Below are positions 8,604-19,800 of a DNA stretch of 64,000 nucleotides, piece by piece. This stretch comes from a virus, in IMG/VR virus record IMGVR_UViG_3300012953_000019, positions 32,001 to 96,000 of that record. One strand, 5' to 3'. Positions within the stretch are counted from its first letter, which is position 1; each line of letters opens with the position of its first letter. Made by a program: the position numbers and the translations under genes. The notes beneath the pieces are model-generated. The model had not been told where the DNA came from and did not search any database. It saw only the letters and a list, made by a program, of their open reading frames with translations.

Positions 8604-9839
8604 ATGGCAAAAGAAAAAACAGTAGACGAAAAACTATCTAAAACAAATGAAGGATCATTACTTCTCTCATATCCACATGAAATTGATCAGACGGATAATA
8701 AAGAAGATCCTATGTATGTACATTCCGTTATATTCAATATTCTTGTCAGAGAAAAGTCAGCATCTTTTGAAAGAAGTGGTGGCGTGGGAACTCCAGTAGA
8801 GAAAGCAACAGGATCTCAGAATATTGCAATTGAAGACGGGTTTATGGGAAATGTTGCTAGTGTAGGAGTAGGAGCCGCTGCCATTGGTACGGCTCTTGCA
8901 AATCCTGCCGCGGCTGTTGGAGTTGGCTTGGCAGGTCTGACTGCAAAATTTCTTGGTATTGGTGGTTTAGGTTCAGATGATGGAGCATCTGATATTATTG
9001 AATCTACTGCGGAAAAAGTTAGTGAACTTACAAAAAAAGTTGCCGAATATGCAGGAGCTGTTAATCCGATAGTAAGAACAGATAAGATAATTAAGTTATA
9101 TACACCACAATCTCCACAAGAAGAATATGGTGCCGGTTGGACAGATGTAGAATTTGGATTAGCGGGTGCGATAGCAAATTCTGGACAATCTCTAGTGGAT
9201 CAAATAAAACAAATTGGATCTGGTGAAGGAGAGGGTAGAGAACGTGCTATAAGACTTCTTACTGGTATGTCTAGTATCACTCAAGCCGCTGGGTTTAATT
9301 TTAGACTTCAAGATGCAATTGAATTACAAACAGGTAAAATACCAAATCCATTTAAACAGCAGTTATTTAAAGGAATGAACTTTAGATCATTTGCATACAC
9401 ATTTAAATTTATTCCAAGAAATCAAGCAGAACTTACATCGACATATGAAATCATTTCTACATTTAGAAATCATATGCACCCAGAACAAACAGGCGATTTC
9501 TTTATTATGTATCCTTCTACTTTCGAAATTGAATATCAGTATAGAGGCAAAACAAATAAGTGGTTAACAAAAATTGCTGATTGTGCATTGGTCAATATGA
9601 AGGTTGACTTTGGTGCAGGTGGAGCACTAACAACTTTTCAAAATACTGGTGGTGCACCAACTGAGATAACTGTAGAAATGCAGTTTAGAGAACTTGCACT
9701 TATCACGCGGGAACATTTTGATGATTGGAATCCATTAGATACTTTTAAACCGGAAGGCACAGGTAGCACCGGCGAGTCGGATGAATCGGAAGATAACGCC
9801 ACAGATCAAACCGTTGCCCAAACCGCCAACATAACATAG
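8604..9839 (+). CDS. gp48: Baseplate tail-tube cap, gp48-like
   Basis: NPFKQQLFKGMNFRSFAYTFKFIPRNQ and P.TFEIEY motifs; upstream of gp53. Confidence 0.8.
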   Translation: MAKEKTVDEKLSKTNEGSLLLSYPHEIDQTDNKEDPMYVHSVIFNILVREKSASFERSGGVGTPVEKATGSQNIAIEDGFMGNVASVGVGAAAIGTALANPAAAVGVGLAGLTAKFLGIGGLGSDDGASDIIESTAEKVSELTKKVAEYAGAVNPIVRTDKIIKLYTPQSPQEEYGAGWTDVEFGLAGAIANSGQSLVDQIKQIGSGEGEGRERAIRLLTGMSSITQAAGFNFRLQDAIELQTGKIPNPFKQQLFKGMNFRSFAYTFKFIPRNQAELTSTYEIISTFRNHMHPEQTGDFFIMYPSTFEIEYQYRGKTNKWLTKIADCALVNMKVDFGAGGALTTFQNTGGAPTEITVEMQFRELALITREHFDDWNPLDTFKPEGTGSTGESDESEDNATDQTVAQTANIT

Positions 9840-9850
9840 GGAAAAAGATA

Positions 9851-10357
9851 ATGTTTTTTAATCAGTTTCCAATAGCGGCTATCGAAATTGAAGGACAATT
9901 TATTAATTATCCTGATATTTTTAGAAGAGTTGCAGTAAATAATCTTTTTAAAAATTCTGCTTATATTGATACATATACTGTTCAAGATGGTGAGAGACCA
10001 GAACATATCGCGTATAGACTGTATGACAATGCCAAGTATCATTGGATTGTTATTCTAGCAAATAATATCACTAATATACATCACGAATGGCCAAAAAGTC
10101 AGGATGATCTTATTTCTATGTGTAAAGATAAGTATGGTGATAATCAAGTTTATGGTATACACCATTATGCATTTAGTGCAGATAGAACAGTACAGACAGA
10201 CTACGATGAAGCAAAGATAACTTCTGGTGAAATTATTTCTGTGAATAACTACGATTATGAAGCTAGACTAAATGATGATAAAGCAGAAATTCAACTTTTA
10301 AAACCAGAATATGTCCAACAGTTTATAGGACAATTTAAACAACTTATAAAGAAATAA
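9851..10357 (+). CDS. gp53: Baseplate wedge subunit gp53 (LysM-like)
   Basis: YTVQDGERPEHIAYRLYD...HWIVILANNI...EWP motif. Confidence 0.9.
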   Translation: MFFNQFPIAAIEIEGQFINYPDIFRRVAVNNLFKNSAYIDTYTVQDGERPEHIAYRLYDNAKYHWIVILANNITNIHHEWPKSQDDLISMCKDKYGDNQVYGIHHYAFSADRTVQTDYDEAKITSGEIISVNNYDYEARLNDDKAEIQLLKPEYVQQFIGQFKQLIKK

Positions 10358-10361
10358 TTAA

Positions 10362-11771
10362 ATGGCTAAAGAAACTCCAGAAAACGCAGGAGCAATAACA
10401 ATTGACGAACTATATATTACTCTTGCGGGTAATGTAATTGTTGACTTGCGTGAGTTCTTTTTAAATATAAAAATATACGAAAATATTTTTCAACATTGTT
10501 TGTTTGTAGAAATGGCTATTAGTGATTCTGCCAATATATTAGGAAGGCTTGATATATCTGGAAGTAGTACGGTTACAATGAAAGTACGCTCACCTTTTTT
10601 GAATGATGCAGAAGCGTATCATAAAACCTTTTCTATATTTGGAGTATCTGATAGACTACTTAAAGACGATAGAAAACAATATTTTGTGTTAAATCTAATA
10701 TCTATTGAGGGTATGAAAGATTTATCTACTAAATTTTCTCAGAGATTTAAAGGATCTACTGAGTCAATGGCAAAAGATTTATATCAAGATTTTATTCAAG
10801 AAAAAAGAATAAGAGATAAAGAAGGTAATTTTAAAGAGACAACTCCTTTAACAATTTTAGGAACACCACACAAATCAAATAATTTTGCTTTCACTGCAAC
10901 AAATTGGTCTTCATTTGAGTGTATGGAATTTATTGCAAAAAATATTGATCCTGCAGATGTCAATGGTAAACTAGTAATGCCTAATAGTTTGTTCTTTGAA
11001 ACAAGAACAGAATTTATAATGGGTTCTTTAACTGAACTTATAATAGAACAAAAGAAAAATCAACTGTTGTATGACGAGTACAATTTATTACCTTCTGGTT
11101 ATGGTAAACATTTAGAAGGCGAAAGAAAAACTTTAGGAGATTTTAAATATACAAGTCCTTTTATATCACCCCAATATTCTACGGTTCTTTCGGCTGATAT
11201 GAAAGACTATTTTAATGAATTGAACAATCAACAATCTGGATATTATGGTAGCACGACAGTTGGAATTGATATGATCACAAAACAAAACTATCATATGGTA
11301 TTTGATTATACTTCATCTGAAGAGGGAAGAAATAAGATTCCTAAATCATATGATGACTTTGTACATCTATCAGAAGATAATCCTATAGAAGCAAAGCCAA
11401 TATTTTCTCCTTCAGCAATAATGAATGTTAGAATAGGAGCATCAAACTTATATGATGATTCTGATTTTGGATATAATTTAAATTATTTTGAAAACTTAAC
11501 TTATAGAAATACTGCAAGGGCAGAATTGAAACGAATTAGTATGCGTATTCAAGTGCCAGGTAAAACAGATATGAAAGTAGGCAGTCTAATTAGATTTAAT
11601 TTTCCAAGTGTTGGAGAAAAAACAAAAGGTATGACCAGATCAGAAATTTTTGATCCTAAAATATCTGGCATATGGGCAGTTTCTGGTGTCTTACATGATA
11701 TTACTCCGTCCGAACACAAGATGACATTAAATATTGTTAGAGATGCATACGGAGATACCAGTGTCAGCTAA
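10362..11771 (+). CDS. Baseplate hub protein (gp27-like position)
   Basis: 469 aa between gp53 and gp5. Has IYENIF and a C-terminal IQVPG...VGSLIRF...SGIWAVSGVLH hub-like segment. Confidence 0.55.
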   Translation: MAKETPENAGAITIDELYITLAGNVIVDLREFFLNIKIYENIFQHCLFVEMAISDSANILGRLDISGSSTVTMKVRSPFLNDAEAYHKTFSIFGVSDRLLKDDRKQYFVLNLISIEGMKDLSTKFSQRFKGSTESMAKDLYQDFIQEKRIRDKEGNFKETTPLTILGTPHKSNNFAFTATNWSSFECMEFIAKNIDPADVNGKLVMPNSLFFETRTEFIMGSLTELIIEQKKNQLLYDEYNLLPSGYGKHLEGERKTLGDFKYTSPFISPQYSTVLSADMKDYFNELNNQQSGYYGSTTVGIDMITKQNYHMVFDYTSSEEGRNKIPKSYDDFVHLSEDNPIEAKPIFSPSAIMNVRIGASNLYDDSDFGYNLNYFENLTYRNTARAELKRISMRIQVPGKTDMKVGSLIRFNFPSVGEKTKGMTRSEIFDPKISGIWAVSGVLHDITPSEHKMTLNIVRDAYGDTSVS

Positions 11772-13524
11772 AAATAAAAAACAAGCAATATATCCACAGT
11801 TTACTTGGTGGCAAGGAATCGTTGAAGATAGATACGATCCTGACAAACTTGGAAGATACAAAGTTCGCATATTCGGCTATCATACAAACGATAAAACTAA
11901 AATGTCAACGGAAGATTTGCCGTGGGCTATCCCTATGCAACCAGTTACATCTGCAGGTATATCAGGAGTAGGAACAAATACTTCTGGTCTTGTAGAGGGC
12001 AGTGCAGTTATTGGATTTTTTGCTGATGGACCAGATGGACAAATTCCAATTATCATGGGTAGTTGGGGTTCTATGTCATATTTACCAGAAGACGCTGACG
12101 GTAAAGTTGTAGAATTTGATAGAAGTAAAACTGGATTCTATGATCCAAACGGTGTATATCCTAGACAAAAAAAGAAAGATGAACTTGGTGAAGAATATGA
12201 TGAAGGTAAAAATGTATTAAAAGAAGCAGACTCTCCTAGACTTTCTAGGGGTGGGGATGTAGCAGAAGAACATTTCTCATTAAAAGCAAAAAGAGATATT
12301 CGTATAGGTTCTGCTGAAGTTGATGATGGTAAAAAGATTGGTAAAGCATTTGCACCAAAAATGACTGTGTATGAAGTAAACGAAAGTTCTTTATCTCATC
12401 CTAAAGCAGATGCAACACCAGCACCAAAATATGAACAAGAATTTTGGGAAGAGCCACACCCACAAGGAGTGGAAAAATCAGTTTCAGAATATCCACATAA
12501 CAAGGTAACTGAGACAGAAACAGGACACATATTTGAAGTTGATGATACTCCTGGTGCAGGAAGAATTCACCAGATGCACAACTCTGGCACATATGAAGAG
12601 ATACAACCAGATGGTACCAGATCAGTAAGAATTCAATCTGAAGATTACGAAATCATTATCAGTAATAAGCATCTACTTGTTAAGGGAGACTTTAATATTA
12701 CAGTAGAGGGTGATTATAATCTTAATGTTTTAGGTAACAAATACGAAGATATACAAGGTCACTCTTTTGAAACCGTTCGTGGTAGTAAAGTAAGTAAGAC
12801 ACAGGGAAATAGAGTTGAAGAGACTTTAACTGATAAATCTAGTCTTATTGTAGGTAATCAATGGGAAACTGTACAATGTAATCAAGGACAAGGAGTAGTC
12901 TCTAAGAGAATTGCTGGTGAGTATATCAAAGCAATTGGAAGAAAGAACACAACTACTTATGCTTTGGGCACAGATGTTACAGTTAATGGAGATTATAAGA
13001 TTGCAACGTTACCTTCATTTGGCGTGGATCTCACTGAATCTGGTATAGAACCCGTTATTACATATGGTGATTTCCAAGTACTTACTGCGGGTGATGTAAC
13101 TCTCGCAACAAAACTAACACCAAACTTTAACGGTACATTCCCGACAGTATCACTACAGTCTGCGTATATTAATACAATGGGTACTATGGGTCACTTAGAA
13201 GCGATTGGTATAGTACCTGTTGTTCCACCTTTACCAGGACAGATAGTAGGTAAACGTATTATGAATTCCGTCACTGCATTTGATGGAACGTCATACGATG
13301 AGAAAATTATGCTTGGTAATGTGAAGAGGACTGTGGCAGTTGGTAATGTAGTTGAGGCAGTCGCAGTTGGATCATATACGATTAATGCTACATTGTCATT
13401 AATTACGATCTCTCCAAACTTTACCACCAACTTGGCAGCCACCGCAATTGTTGCCACCGGAGCCGCTTCAATTGGTGCTGGTACTAGTATTGCACTTACA
13501 GCACCAGCAATTACACTTAACTAA
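11734..13524 (+). CDS. gp5: Baseplate central spike gp5 (OB-fold plus beta-helix, no lysozyme domain seen)
   Basis: WWQGIVEDRYDPDKLGRYKVRIFGYH, LPWA, GFFADG and YPHNKVTETETGHIFEVDDTPG motifs. Confidence 0.9.
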   Translation: MLEMHTEIPVSAKNKKQAIYPQFTWWQGIVEDRYDPDKLGRYKVRIFGYHTNDKTKMSTEDLPWAIPMQPVTSAGISGVGTNTSGLVEGSAVIGFFADGPDGQIPIIMGSWGSMSYLPEDADGKVVEFDRSKTGFYDPNGVYPRQKKKDELGEEYDEGKNVLKEADSPRLSRGGDVAEEHFSLKAKRDIRIGSAEVDDGKKIGKAFAPKMTVYEVNESSLSHPKADATPAPKYEQEFWEEPHPQGVEKSVSEYPHNKVTETETGHIFEVDDTPGAGRIHQMHNSGTYEEIQPDGTRSVRIQSEDYEIIISNKHLLVKGDFNITVEGDYNLNVLGNKYEDIQGHSFETVRGSKVSKTQGNRVEETLTDKSSLIVGNQWETVQCNQGQGVVSKRIAGEYIKAIGRKNTTTYALGTDVTVNGDYKIATLPSFGVDLTESGIEPVITYGDFQVLTAGDVTLATKLTPNFNGTFPTVSLQSAYINTMGTMGHLEAIGIVPVVPPLPGQIVGKRIMNSVTAFDGTSYDEKIMLGNVKRTVAVGNVVEAVAVGSYTINATLSLITISPNFTTNLAATAIVATGAASIGAGTSIALTAPAITLN

Positions 13525-13535
13525 GGAACAAGTAA

Positions 13536-14180
13536 ATGGCAGATTGTCAAATAGGAGCATTGGGAGAATTAGCTGATAAGCTAGACGAAGGCTTCTCCAT
13601 TATACAAGACAAATTGCAACTTGTTCAAAACAAGATCAATTCAATTCCTGGTATCATTGATGCCGAGTTGGCGGCAGTCTATGCGGAAATACAACTACAA
13701 TTACAGACACAGTTTCCACAACTTACTAGTTTAGCAGATTTAAAAAAGGCTTTACCAGAAGAAATTAAAGACATAGTTTCACTTGCAGGGGATGCCATTG
13801 CATTTGCAACTGAAGTAGAAAGACTTAAAGAAAAGTATGAAGATGCTGATTTGGACTTATTAAAAGATCCACAAAACGTATCCAATCTTCTAAGAGATTT
13901 ACAAGGAGATTTAAACAGACTATGTGATTTAGTTCCTACTTTTAAAGAAGTTACTGATCCAGAAACTGGTGAAAAGAAAACTGAATTGCGTGGTAGAGGC
14001 AATTCAGAAATTGAAGTTAGGTCAAGACCCAACATTGAAGCAAAATCTTTGTTATCAAAAGAAGGTAGAAAACTTGCAATTAAACAGATTACAGATAGTC
14101 TGGGAAGTATTAGGGCAACAGTTCCAGAAGGTGGTACAGGAAATATATCTAGAGAGGGCGAAAATCGCTATGGATGGTAA
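13536..14180 (+). CDS. Hypothetical helical protein between gp5 and gp25
   Basis: 214-aa ORF with an AGGA RBS and coiled-coil character. No motif recognised. Confidence 0.6.
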   Translation: MADCQIGALGELADKLDEGFSIIQDKLQLVQNKINSIPGIIDAELAAVYAEIQLQLQTQFPQLTSLADLKKALPEEIKDIVSLAGDAIAFATEVERLKEKYEDADLDLLKDPQNVSNLLRDLQGDLNRLCDLVPTFKEVTDPETGEKKTELRGRGNSEIEVRSRPNIEAKSLLSKEGRKLAIKQITDSLGSIRATVPEGGTGNISREGENRYGW

Positions 14181-14188
14181 TTAGGAGT

Positions 14189-14196
14189 TATAAATA
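14189..14196 (+). promoter_or_regulatory. Late promoter TATAAATA
   Basis: Exact consensus, 5 nt before the gp25 ATG. Confidence 0.8.
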
Positions 14197-14201
14197 GAAC
14201 T

Positions 14202-14597
14202 ATGAGAAAAGAACCTGTAAGACTCTACAAAGATATTGATATGAAGTTTACAAAGAACTTTATATCCAAAGACATTGGCAAAAAATATGATGTCCATGCT
14301 GTTAGGCAGGCGATGAAAAATATAATTTATACCAATCTGAATGAAAGACCCTTTGAACCTAATTGGGGATCTCAGATACGCCAGTTGATGTTTGAGCCAA
14401 TAGATGATACTACTGGCAATGCATTACAAAAACTTATAGCACAAGCAATTAACAATCACGAACCTAGAGTTAATCTATCAAGAGTGCAAGTGCTTGCAAA
14501 TCAAAATGATAATGAATATCGTGTTTACGTATATTATTACATATTAGGTATCAAAGATTTACAAGAAATGGATTTAGTCCTAACGAGATTAAGATAA
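14202..14597 (+). CDS. gp25: Baseplate wedge subunit gp25
   Basis: YKDIDMKF, AVRQAMKNII.T...ERPFEPNWGS and HEPRV motifs. Confidence 0.92.
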   Translation: MRKEPVRLYKDIDMKFTKNFISKDIGKKYDVHAVRQAMKNIIYTNLNERPFEPNWGSQIRQLMFEPIDDTTGNALQKLIAQAINNHEPRVNLSRVQVLANQNDNEYRVYVYYYILGIKDLQEMDLVLTRLR

Positions 14598-14884
14598 TGC
14601 CAGCTGTAGCAATTTCTCCAGGAACAGTAGTAGACACCGCAGGCACAGGCGCAATAACGGCATCTAATGTTACCGTAAAATCTCTTGGTCAAAATATTCT
14701 TGTTGTAGGAGATGTTGTTGCGGCACATTCATCGGGTGGTAATACTCACCCAGCAACTACAATTACATCTGGATCTGCTACAGTAAAAATAAATGGAAAG
14801 CCAGTTGCATATAGTGGTTCTGTAGCGGGGTGTGCTGGTGCAGTATCAACATCATTTTCCCCAACAGTCAATGTTGGCGCATAA
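14597..14884 (+). CDS. PAAR-type spike tip protein (gp5.4-like)
   Basis: 95 aa with GD..AAH...H....SGSATVKINGKPVA..G...GC (His/His/Cys metal site). Confidence 0.8.
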   Translation: MPAVAISPGTVVDTAGTGAITASNVTVKSLGQNILVVGDVVAAHSSGGNTHPATTITSGSATVKINGKPVAYSGSVAGCAGAVSTSFSPTVNVGA

Positions 14885-14912
14885 ATAAAAATAAAGAGAG
14901 AAGAGAAAAAAC

Positions 14913-16826
14913 ATGGCAATCAAAAACGTCACAAATTTAGACTTTGAAGAAGTAAAACAAAATCTTAAAACTCATCTTCAATCACAAGAAGAGTTTTCTG
15001 ATTATAATTTTGATGCTTCCGGGCTGTCTGTTTTGGTCGATCTTCTTGCTTATAATACACATTATAATGCAGTTATGGCTCATATGATTGCGAATGAATC
15101 ATTTATTGATTCCGCAGTAAAAAGGAATTCAGTTGTTTCTATTGCAAAAACAATGGGATATACTCCTAGATCAGCAAGGTCTGCAAAAGCATATATTGAT
15201 CTGACTATTACACCAGATCCTACATACACTTCCAATACGCTATTTATTCCAAGATCCACAATATTTACTACATCTGTAAATGGTAAATCATATTCTTTCT
15301 TGCCATCAACGGACAGAACAATTACAAAAAGTTTTACTTCTTCTGGTGCTGAACAGTTTGTTACAACAGGGATTGAATTGGTTGAAGGTAGACGTACAAC
15401 AACATCTGAAATTATTAGTGCCAACAACTTACAGGGTCCAATACTATTACCAAATAATAATGTAGACACTACTACAATTCAAGTAACTGTAAAAGAAAAC
15501 ACAAATAGTAGTGTTACAGATACCTATGCATTTTCAGATACAATTTTAGATGTAACAAGCACATCAAAAGTTTTTTATATCGAAGAAGCAACTTCTGGAT
15601 TTTATGAAGTATCTTTTGGTGACGGTGTTTTAGGTAAAAAACTAGAAATAGGAAATATTGTAACAGTAGAATATATTGTTTGTAGTGGCGAAGTCGCAAA
15701 CGGAGCTAGATCATTTAGGAACTCACAAAATTTATCAGGAGCAAACGAAACTATTACTGGAACAGTAACAACAACCGCAAGTGGTGGAGCTGTTAGAGAA
15801 GATGTTGAAAGTATTAGATTCACTGCTCCTAGATATAATGCAGTAAAAAATAGAATCGTAACAAGAACAGATTATGAAACTGTTATTAAAGCCGCAAATC
15901 CAAACATTAAGTCCGTTACCGCGTGGGGTGGAGAAGACAATGATCCTCCTATTTACGGAAGAGTTTTCGTATCGCTACAACCAGAAGACGGATTTACGAT
16001 TACAACAGAAGAAAAGAACACTCTCAAGAATGATGTAATTTCTTTAAAACAACCTATTACAATGGATACCCAGTTTGTAGATCCAGAGTTCACTTTTATT
16101 GGTTTAAATATTTCAGCAACATATGACCCTAAAGTAACCGCACAATCTCCTTCTGCATTAGAAGCATTAATCATTGCCGAAGTACAAAGTTATTTTGCTG
16201 GCACACTAAACGCTCTGAAGAAAAATTTCTATTACTCATTTATAACTAATAGAATTAATAATGTGTCTAAGTCTATTATAGGTAATAATATTGAGTTGCG
16301 TATTCAAAAACGCATTGTTCCAGTATTAAATAATAACACTAGATATGAACCTAAATTCAACAATAAAATTTTACCCAATTCTATTAGAACAAATTACTTT
16401 GATGTAATTATAAACAACGTAACATATTCTAAAGTTTCAATAGTAGATAAACCTAATGCTGATGTTCTTGCTCCAGTTTATTCTGGTTTAGGAGTTTTAG
16501 AACTACGTGACGTTGATTCTTCTACTATTTTGTTAGAAAATTTAGGAACTATTGATTATGATACGGGCGCGCTTGACATAAAATCATTGAATGTATCTTC
16601 TGTTAGTGGTGCAGTGAGTGATATAAGAATTAGTGCAACACCACATGAAGGATCTAAAGACATTTCTACTGATATTTTAATTAGAACTTCAGAAGAACAA
16701 AAATTTGCAGTTACTCCTTTACCGGCAAGAAATATTATATTGAATTTGGACAAAAGTTCGGTTGATACCATCAATAATATAAGAGCAGGAGTAACTGTTA
16801 CAATGGTACCGAGAGTAGCTGATTAA
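14913..16826 (+). CDS. gp6: Baseplate wedge subunit gp6
   Basis: LDFEEVKQNLK, DYNFDASGLSVLVDLLAYNTHY, FGDGVLGKKL and AWGGEDNDPPIYG motifs. Confidence 0.95.
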   Translation: MAIKNVTNLDFEEVKQNLKTHLQSQEEFSDYNFDASGLSVLVDLLAYNTHYNAVMAHMIANESFIDSAVKRNSVVSIAKTMGYTPRSARSAKAYIDLTITPDPTYTSNTLFIPRSTIFTTSVNGKSYSFLPSTDRTITKSFTSSGAEQFVTTGIELVEGRRTTTSEIISANNLQGPILLPNNNVDTTTIQVTVKENTNSSVTDTYAFSDTILDVTSTSKVFYIEEATSGFYEVSFGDGVLGKKLEIGNIVTVEYIVCSGEVANGARSFRNSQNLSGANETITGTVTTTASGGAVREDVESIRFTAPRYNAVKNRIVTRTDYETVIKAANPNIKSVTAWGGEDNDPPIYGRVFVSLQPEDGFTITTEEKNTLKNDVISLKQPITMDTQFVDPEFTFIGLNISATYDPKVTAQSPSALEALIIAEVQSYFAGTLNALKKNFYYSFITNRINNVSKSIIGNNIELRIQKRIVPVLNNNTRYEPKFNNKILPNSIRTNYFDVIINNVTYSKVSIVDKPNADVLAPVYSGLGVLELRDVDSSTILLENLGTIDYDTGALDIKSLNVSSVSGAVSDIRISATPHEGSKDISTDILIRTSEEQKFAVTPLPARNIILNLDKSSVDTINNIRAGVTVTMVPRVAD

Positions 16827-19800
16827 TGAGTGTATCTCCTAGATTTCAGAAATACTTAAAAAATATTACTGTCACAAACGGTGGCAGTGGTTTTCAGGCT
16901 GGCAATTCTAATGTCCTGACTTCTGGAGATCAGCAATATGCTCTTGATTATTTTGGAGAAAATTATGTTCTCTTCTTTGGACAAACTACAACTACACTTG
17001 TAGCAGATTTAAAAGTATTAATTGGTGCACCAACAAGTACAATACCAGGTGATGAATTAGCACAAGCAACCGCTACAGTAACTCTAAATTCTTCTGGTGT
17101 AGTTACCGCAATTAATATTACAAACATTGGTGATGGATACATTACTGCACCAACTGTAGAACTTATAGGTACTCCCAGTCTATTAACAAATACTTCAACC
17201 ACTGATATATTAAGAGATAATGGCACTTATAGCGACATTGCAACTACGTCTGACGGAATAGGAACAGGCGTTACAGTTGATATTATAGTAGAAAATGGAG
17301 ACATTGTTAAGATTCTACCTTCTGGTGGAGAAGATTATAGAATAGGAGAAACTCTTACTGTAAGTGCTATCTCTATAGGTGGTACAGGTGAAGAAGATCC
17401 TATCACATTTACAGTTACAAAAATTAATGGTGGTAGTGGATTTACTGCAACTGTAGAATTAGATCAAGTTGGTAAAGAAAATTCTTATTATCCAGAAAAA
17501 GTATCTACTACTATAACAAATCAAATACCAGAATTTATTCGTGATGAATATCCTGTATTTGCTACATTTATTAAAAAATACTATGAGTATCTTGAATCCA
17601 ATACGACATCGTTTGGAATGGCTCCCACAAATGTTATTAATACCATACAAGATAGATTGGATATTGATTTCAGAGATAATTTAGAAGCAACAAGTACTGA
17701 TTTCTTAGATCAATTTTTTGAAGATTATGGTAAAGATTTTCCTGTTACTATGCAAGCAGATAAAACTCTTCTTGTAAAACACATAACAGATTTCTATACC
17801 TCTAAGGGTACTAAAAAAGCAATAGAAAATCTATTCAAGATAATGTACAATGAGAACGTTGAAGTTTTTGTTCCTAATTCTCTTGTTCTAAGACCATCTG
17901 ATAATAATTGGTCAAGAGAATATGTAGTTAAAGTATATGAAAATATATTCTTACCTTCTACTGGTGGTACAATATATGACCCAGTAGAGTTTGAAGGTAA
18001 AGCAGTTGTTATAAGTTACTTTGAATCTGTCGGATCAGTTACTACTAGAAAAGAAAGAGAAACTGTTGTTAAACAGGTTAAGAAACTTTCTTATACTGTA
18101 CCACAAGCATATGAACTTACTTTAGAGTTGCCAGATGATTTTGTAATTCCAAGTATAGGAACAGGAGCAACTTATACTGCGGTAATTGGTGGTAAAATTG
18201 CTACTGTAAATTCTATAGGCGCAACAGATGCCAGCAGAACTGCTGGTACGTATGCTATAGACACCACGGAATATACAACAAACGGTAACGGCACGGGTGC
18301 AGAATTTAGTGTATTCGTAGACAATAATGGTCAGGCTACGGTATCTATTACCACAGTAGGAGATAACTATGCTCCGGGTGAGACCATTACTATTCCTGAT
18401 ACAAGATTAGGAAATGGTGGTGCCGCGGCATTAACATTTAATATTGCTACAATTACAGATGGTAAGATATTTTCTGTTACTATCGATAGTGCTGGTGAAC
18501 AATACTCAGCAAATTATCCTTTAATCGTAACAGCGGATTCAAGCGATACAATTACGCAAGTTGCTGATCCTCTTGTACGAGTTACGAGTGGTAAAGCAAC
18601 CTCTGTGGTTTTTGTAGATGATGTAAATGGAGTTGGATACAATCATGTTCCTCAATTAAGAGAGGCACTTTATTTCCAAGCCGCTTATATAAGTTTAACA
18701 ACTGATGATAGAACCGATGTAAATAGTAAACGTGCAATACCAAATAGAATTTTACATAAAGTTTCAGTAAAGTCAACTACTGGAGAAGCAAATGGAGGAT
18801 TTGCTGTTGGTCAATCTTATATGGTTGACGAAAACGCATCATTAAGTCCATATGCAATAGATTATTTTTCTGAAGATTATACATTAACTGGTATTGCGAA
18901 TCGCGCATTTGTTAAAGTCGCACAAATTGGAACAGATAATTTTCCAACTGCACTAGACGTAATTGCTATCGGAGCTGGATTCCAATCATCTACATTTGAT
19001 TTTAATATTGTATCTCCTTTAGGTTATACAACAACTCTTACTTGTACTACAGGATATAATGCAATTTATCCTGGAATCTTTGAAGACACAAGTGGGTTCT
19101 TGTCTGATGCAAATAAATTACAAGATAGTAGACTGTATCAAGCATTCTCATATCAAATTAGATCAGAAAGACCTAAAACAGAATGGGGCGAATTTGTAAA
19201 ACGGGCGGCTCATCCATCTGGTATGGTAGCCTTCTCTGATTTACAAATAAGAAATTCTGTTGATTTTACTACTGTTACTTCTGTAGATACTGATCTATTC
19301 TTCTATGTGGTTATGCCAGATATAGAAGAAGTTCTTGTAAGTGAAACCGTTGCCAAAGACATACACTTGCCTTCAGAAGCAGATACATATGCAACATCTG
19401 AACCATACTACTCTATGGAACCAGGTCTTAATAAAGTAGAGACTACAGACTTTATTCATACAATTGCTAAAGATATAGAAACTGTATACATTGATACACT
19501 TACTCCATTCCATGGATCACTTATATTTGGTGTAGAAGCAGTTTTAATTGACAATAGTATAGTTGATGATAATGCTCCAATACTTGTTATTGAAAGTGTA
19601 TTGGCAGATACTTATAGCGCAGATGATACTCCTTCACTAGAAGCTGGTAGAATATTATCAGATAGTTACCAATTTGAAGATACTGATTCTGAATACGCAG
19701 TAGATTATTTTGCAAATGATTCTGGTAATTATACTGCCGGAGTTCCTCTTGTAGTAATTGATTTTGATAAGCATTTCGATCAGTTGACGTTTGGTCCATA

